Of a stretch of DNA of 64,000 nt, positions 61,357 through 64,000 are shown piece after piece. How positions within the stretch are numbered: position 1 is the first letter of the stretch; each line of letters starts with the position of its first letter. A program made the position numbers and the translations under genes. The stretch comes from Alphaproteobacteria bacterium. GTDB lineage: Bacteria; Pseudomonadota; Alphaproteobacteria; CALKHQ01. The stretch covers positions 160,001 through 224,000 of the forward strand of contig CBDDFZ010000001.1 in the NCBI GenBank assembly GCA_965227515.1, given 5' to 3'. The notes beneath the pieces are model-generated. The model was given only the letters and a program-made list of their open reading frames with translations, was not told where the DNA came from and did no database searches.

Positions 61357-62177
61357 GGGCCTGTTGAGATTCATCGCGAGTTTATGACAGCTGCTGCGAG
61401 ATGGATGATGGCGTTGAAGCTTGTGTCGGTTTTGTCTGCACGCATGGCGATTCGCTTGAACTCTTTGAGTTTGCAGAAGAAGTTTTCGATCAGATGACGC
61501 CATTTGTACATCTCGGCGTCGATTTGCAGCGGGCTGGCGCGGCGCGGATGCTGGGATATGACGATCTTGGCACCGCGCTCGTTGAGGTCAGCAACGATGG
61601 CGCTGGTGTCGAACGCTTTGTCCGCGATCATCGCCTTGAAGGAGAGTCCGTCGATGAGCGGCGGCACGCCAACCGTATCGTAGCGATGGCCGGGCAGGAG
61701 CACGAAACGCACCAGATTGCCAAGCGCATCACACAGCGCGAGGATCTTCGTCGTCATCCCGCCCTTGGAGCGGCCGATGGCCTGGCTTTGAGTCCCCCTT
61801 TTGCGCCCTGGCCGTGGCGGTGCACCTTGACAATGGTGGCATCAACCATGGCGTATTCCATGTCCGGCTCGTCCAAGCAGGCCTCGAACAGCCGCACGAA
61901 GACGTCTGCTTTGACCCAGTCGCGGTATCGCTTAAAGACCGTGTTCCAAGGGCCAAAAGATGTCGGGAGATCACGCCACGGGCTGCCCGTACGCACCACC
62001 CACAGCACGGCTTCGACAAAGCGCCGGTTGTCAGCGCCACTGCGGCCCGGATCGCTCGGCTTGCCCAAGCAATGGGGTTCCATCTTCGCCCATTGGGCGT
62101 CACTCAGTACGAATCGTTCCATCCGAAGCTTGAATCACAACCAAGCACGGAGAGGAATCCTGAATCTCAACAGGCCT
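61357..62177 (-). mobile_element. IS5-family element, copy 2 (apparently identical to 34036-34856)
   Basis: Same TIRs, same translated ORFs, TA flanks. Confidence 0.93.
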
Positions 62178-62179
62178 TA

Positions 62180-63227
62180 GAGCGGGGTCTTTTTTGGAAG
62201 AATCGAAAGGGGATTCCCGACTCGGGTGGCAATCTGATTCAACGTGTTGGTCTTGAGAGGAGGCTGGCGCGATGGGTCGACCCTATTCGAATGATCTTCG
62301 TGAGCGTGCTGTTGCCCGGGTGATGGCCGGTGAGACGGTTCGCTCTGTGGCATCCGCGTTCGATGTGAGCGTGTCTGCGGTTGTGAAGTGGTCGCAGCGA
62401 TATCGGCGCACCGGGAGCGTTGCGCCGGGCAAGGTCGGTGGCCACAAGCGGATCATATTGGCGCCGCATCGCGACTTCGTGCAGGCTCGTTTGGCTGCCG
62501 AGCCGCACCTTCCCTTGCGCTCCTTGCAGCGCGAGTTGGCCGATCGCGGCATCCGGGTGAGCTACGGCGCGATCTGGCGCTTTGTGCATGCCGAGGGATT
62601 GAGCTTCAAAAAAAACCGCGTTCGCCAGCGAGCAGGATCGTCCCGACGTGGCGCGGCGCCGCGCGCGCTGGAAGCGTCATCAGGCGAAACTTGATCCCGC
62701 CCGCCTGGTCTTCATTGACGAGACCTGGGCCAAGACCAACATGGCGCCGTTGCGGGGCTGGAGCCGGCGCGGCCGGCGCCTCGTCGGCAAGGCACCGCAC
62801 GGCCGCTGGCGCACCCTGACCTTCCTCGCTGCTCTGCGCTGCGACCAGCTCACCGCACCGTGCGTCTTCGACGGCCCGATTAACGGTCAGGCCTTCCTCG
62901 CCTATGTCGAGCAAATCCTGGTGCCGACGCTCAAACCCGGCGACATCGTCATCATGGACAACCTGGGCAGCCACAAGGGCAAGGCCGTACGGGCCGCCCT
63001 GCGCCAAGCCGGCGCAAGGCTGCTCTTCCTGCCGCCCTACAGCCCCGACCTCAATCCCATCGAGCAGGTGTTCGCCAAGCTCAAGCACCTGCTCAGGCGC
63101 GCCGCAGAGCGCACCATCGACGACACATGGCGGCGTATCGGAAAACTACTCGACGCGTTCCAGCCACACGAATGCAACAACTACATCGTCAATGCAGGAT
63201 ACGCTTCCGCATAAAACGATCCCGCTC
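62180..63227 (+). mobile_element. IS630-family element, copy 2 (inverted relative to copy 1, a few SNPs)
   Basis: Same ends; OrfA 62272-62694, OrfB ending 63214; A8 run near 62608. Confidence 0.93.
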
Positions 63228-63274
63228 TAGATCGGGATCAGCTTCCTCCCGGACCAACCCGAACCGCCACACAA

Positions 63275-63305
63275 ATGGGCCCTCGCGACAAGCGCGAGGG
63301 CGACG
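63275..63305 (-). repeat. CGTC-type REP, right member of pair 3
   Basis: ATGGGCCCTCGCGACAAGCGCGAGGGCGACG. Confidence 0.8.
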
Positions 63306-63341
63306 ATGTGATGTGTCTTCGAGATGTTTGAGAGCGGTAGC

Positions 63342-63674
63342 TCAGTCCTTCCGGCGGCCCGCGCTCGATCCGGCGCGGATGCCGGCGGCAAACGCGCTCA
63401 TCACGTTTTCCCAGGCGCCGCCCGGCGGCGGGTGGGGCGCGTCGCGATGGCGCTTGCGGCCGCGGGTGATCATCACCAGCACAATCGCCGCACCGATGGC
63501 GGTGCCGAGGAACAACAGGCCGATGTAGAGGGACGCGAAGATCGGCCCGACCCATTCGAAGAGGGCGAGCCAACCGGCGGCGAGCAGAAACAGCCCGCCA
63601 AGGCATAGGCAGAAGCAGATGAAGACGGCGAGCACGGCGCCCGCCGCTGCCTTGCGGATCCAACGTCCCATCAC
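63342..63674 (-). CDS. Small two-TM membrane protein (YqjE/phage-holin-like, DUF883 operon partner)
   Basis: Two hydrophobic helices; lies directly downstream of the DUF883 gene. Confidence 0.6.
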   Translation of the reverse strand: MMGRWIRKAAAGAVLAVFICFCLCLGGLFLLAAGWLALFEWVGPIFASLYIGLLFLGTAIGAAIVLVMITRGRKRHRDAPHPPPGGAWENVMSAFAAGIRAGSSAGRRKD

Positions 63675-63702
63675 GTTTCGCGCGCTCCGCCGCGTGGGTC
63701 GA

Positions 63703-64000
63703 TCAGCGGCGCGCCAGCAGCAGGCCGATGATGAAGCCGATGGCCGCCGCGATGCCGGCCGCCATGTAGGGCTTCTGATGCACCATCTCGTCGGCCTGGT
63801 GGGTCAGCCGCTCGGCGGCCTTGCGGACCTCTTCCGCCTTCTCCTTGCCCATGTTGAAGGCCTGGCGGGCCTTGCCGTTGGCCGCGTCGGCCGCATCCTT
63901 GCCGGCGTTCTTGGCCAGGTCGCCAATCAGCGAGGCAAGGCCGGAGATGTCGCCCTTCAACTGGTCGATCTGCTCGGACAGATCCTTGACCGTCTCGTCG
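63703..64000 (-). CDS. DUF883 / ElaB-YqjD family protein (5' end outside the window)
   Basis: C-terminal V.QKPY.A.GIAAAIGFIIGLLLARR motif. Confidence 0.85.
   Translation of the reverse strand, partial: DETVKDLSEQIDQLKGDISGLASLIGDLAKNAGKDAADAANGKARQAFNMGKEKAEEVRKAAERLTHQADEMVHQKPYMAAGIAAAIGFIIGLLLARR

Noticed and set aside
61814-62323. ORFs crossing the IS5/IS630 junctions (also 34493-34897 and 35763-36011)
   Set aside because: These are chance read-through of IS antisense strands and ends, with no protein motifs.
34036-63227. A single composite transposon that delivered the nos region
   Set aside because: The left IS stack lies inside the tRNA island and the right stack inside an intact REP pair, which implies separate later insertions. 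TA flanks are too short to be diagnostic.

Overview
A GC-rich alphaproteobacterial (Rhodospirillales-like) chromosomal window encoding many acidic proteins. The backbone carries ppiC-like/argJ/GNAT-mutT, a tungstate ABC transporter (tupABC) with its regulator, tRNA-Ala(GGC), aroA-cmk-rpsA, argE, trkH, apaG and tRNA-Glu(CTC). It also carries a complete clade I nitrous-oxide reductase cluster (Crp/Fnr regulator, FNR box, cytochrome c, nosRZDFYLX), a 2266-aa TpsA/haemagglutinin-like protein and a sugar ABC operon. The most notable region is a ~5.5-kb island integrated at the 3' end of tRNA-Glu (attL 32442-32459, attR 37935-37952). The island has four notable parts. (1) A large serine recombinase whose att core lies inside its own reading frame, so its C-terminus differs between the integrated and excised states. 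(2) A stacked IS5+IS630 pair. (3) An oriT-like palindrome with no relaxase gene. (4) A compact, AT-richer, translationally coupled three-gene operon: a Cap5-like HNH nuclease with an unknown helical domain, a restriction-endonuclease-like small protein, and a ~100-aa minimal nucleotidyltransferase. I cannot match this operon to a named system; it is the best candidate for an undescribed anti-phage or toxin-antitoxin system. The window also holds three inverted CGTC-type REP pairs between convergent genes, TA/CTAG-flanked MITEs, a second IS5+IS630 stack, and an (AGAGCT)n microsatellite. All calls come from reading motifs by eye; no database searches were run.
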